From the NCBI GenBank assembly GCA_017482355.1, contig JAFUNJ010000002.1, forward strand, positions 11,092 through 75,091: a stretch of 64,000 nucleotides of DNA, written 5' to 3'. This DNA is from Clostridia bacterium (GTDB lineage Bacteria; Bacillota; Clostridia; Oscillospirales; CAG-272). The translations under genes and the position numbers were made by a program. Positions 62,799 through 64,000 of this stretch are shown here, piece after piece (the first letter of the stretch is position 1; every line of letters starts with the position of its first letter). Below the pieces are notes generated by a model. That model made no database searches and was not told where the DNA came from. It saw only the letters and a program-made list of their open reading frames with translations.

Positions 62799-63677
62799 TT
62801 AGTCCTTCATATCCGACGAAGCCATTGTTTCGACGATCTTAGACTGGTTTATGACAAATATCAGAATCGGCACGCTCATCATTACGACTGAGCCGGCACT
62901 CGCGGCACCCGCCGACACGCCGCTTATCGTTGCGATAGCGTTGTTAAAGGTCTTCAGCTGCTCTGACCAAACGTAACTCGAAGCACCTGCATTCCATACC
63001 TGCTGGAAGGTGGTAACTAGAAGCGTCAGCCATGCCGGTTTAACGAGCGGCATTACTATCTGCCAATAGATCTTGAGCTCGCCCGCACCGTCTATACGCG
63101 CCGCCTCGATCATTTCATCCGAGATATTCGCGTCGATAAACTGCTTCATAAGGTACAGACCGAGCGTTGATGCCCACACGGGGACTATTGATATCCAATA
63201 TGTATTCAGCCAACCCAGCCATATAAATATGAAGAAGTTGGTAATACCTGTGATGGTCGAGCTTATCATGAGCGACCACTGGATCATTTTGAACATTGCA
63301 ACGCGTCCCGGGAACTTGATCTTCGAAAGCGCGTATGCGGTAAGAGAACCGAACACGAGACATCCGAAAGTAGCTGCTACCGATATGATTATCGTATTGA
63401 AGAGGTAACGGCTGATCGGTACCCAGGTACTGTTAATGTTTGAGAAAAGGTCGATGAAGTTCTGCGCCGTCGGCTTCATAACGTAGAGAAGCGGCGGTGT
63501 TATGTTTCTTTCACCGAGCGGCTTGAGCGACTCGATGATAAGATACCACATAGGCAGGAACATCAGCGCTCCGAGAATGATGAGGAGGAGGGTAATTCCG
63601 AAGTCACCCTTCTTCGAACGGTTAAGTACGACACGGTGGCCTCTGACTCTTAATTTCTTTATAGCCATATTACTCAC
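62799..63677 (-). CDS. Carbohydrate ABC transporter permease (MalG-like)
   Basis: EAA loop IEAARIDGAGELKIYWQIVMPLV. Confidence 0.85.
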   Translation of the reverse strand: MSNMAIKKLRVRGHRVVLNRSKKGDFGITLLLIILGALMFLPMWYLIIESLKPLGERNITPPLLYVMKPTAQNFIDLFSNINSTWVPISRYLFNTIIISVAATFGCLVFGSLTAYALSKIKFPGRVAMFKMIQWSLMISSTITGITNFFIFIWLGWLNTYWISIVPVWASTLGLYLMKQFIDANISDEMIEAARIDGAGELKIYWQIVMPLVKPAWLTLLVTTFQQVWNAGASSYVWSEQLKTFNNAIATISGVSAGAASAGSVVMMSVPILIFVINQSKIVETMASSDMKD

Positions 63678-64000
63678 CCACCTTCGAAAGGAACTTCTGT
63701 ACGAGCGCGTTTGCGCCCATCATTATTGCGAACAGGATGACCGCAATAGCTGATGCGTAACCGTATTCAAATCGCGTTCCCATATACTCTGTCAGATGAT
63801 GCTGCAAAGTCCATGCAACGTAGTCTGTCGAGGGGTTTCCGCAGAGGTTATCGACTATTGCACCGAAGCCGAAGGAACCGGTGATAGCGAGGACTGCTCC
63901 GAAGAGAAGGATCGAACGCATTGAGGGGAGCGTGATGTACCACGCCTCCTGCCAACGGTTTCTGATTCCGTCGATCGCGCCCGCCTCGTAAAGCGAACGG
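63670..64000 (-). CDS. Sugar ABC transporter permease (MalF-like), C-terminal part; gene continues past the right edge
   Basis: The reading frame stays open upstream of the ORF-track Met. Residues ...YEAGAIDGIRNRWQEAWYITLPSM... (63919-63990) form the EAA loop. Confidence 0.8.
   Translation of the reverse strand, partial: RSLYEAGAIDGIRNRWQEAWYITLPSMRSILLFGAVLAITGSFGFGAIVDNLCGNPSTDYVAWTLQHHLTEYMGTRFEYGYASAIAVILFAIMMGANALVQKFLSKVGE

Overview
This window is a 64-kb chromosomal segment of a moderately GC-rich, endospore-lineage Firmicute. The Clostridia-like assignment is an inference from miaB-mutS-mutL synteny, spoIIE, a sigG-type sigma remnant and a small SpoIVFB-like M50 protease. About 55 protein genes are supportable. 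They include mismatch repair (mutS, mutL), miaB, mntP, hemW, a potABCD polyamine importer, pepF and a Fur-family regulator. There is also a small AT-rich type II restriction-modification cassette (C5-methyltransferase plus HNH nuclease) next to an ASCH gene. Further along are rlmD, a YifB/ComM-like ATPase, a PrsA-like lipoprotein and a GldA/F/G-like ABC system with a DUF4340 protein. An orphan RnfC/RnfD-like pair is fused in an operon with an MFS transporter and a GH2 hydrolase. The remaining genes include metY-metA, a 5'-truncated sigG-like gene, a SLOG(DUF1273)/XRE pair, spoIIE and glycerophosphodiester/G3P genes with a DeoR regulator. An AraC-controlled operon encodes an ASRT-family protein, a creatinase-like M24 protein, a creatininase-family protein and an epimerase-like protein. 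One tRNA-Leu(CAG) is present. The right end holds a sugar-ABC locus in which two permease pairs bracket two very large extracytoplasmic proteins. The most unusual property lies outside the genes. Nearly every long intergenic region is filled with modular chains of short GC-rich hairpins that form at least two mosaic repeat families plus two mini-hairpin arrays. Hairpin stems differ between copies while the flanking scaffold is conserved. I do not recognise these families, and I rank them as the best candidate for something undescribed. No CRISPR array, rRNA, transposase or integrase was seen.
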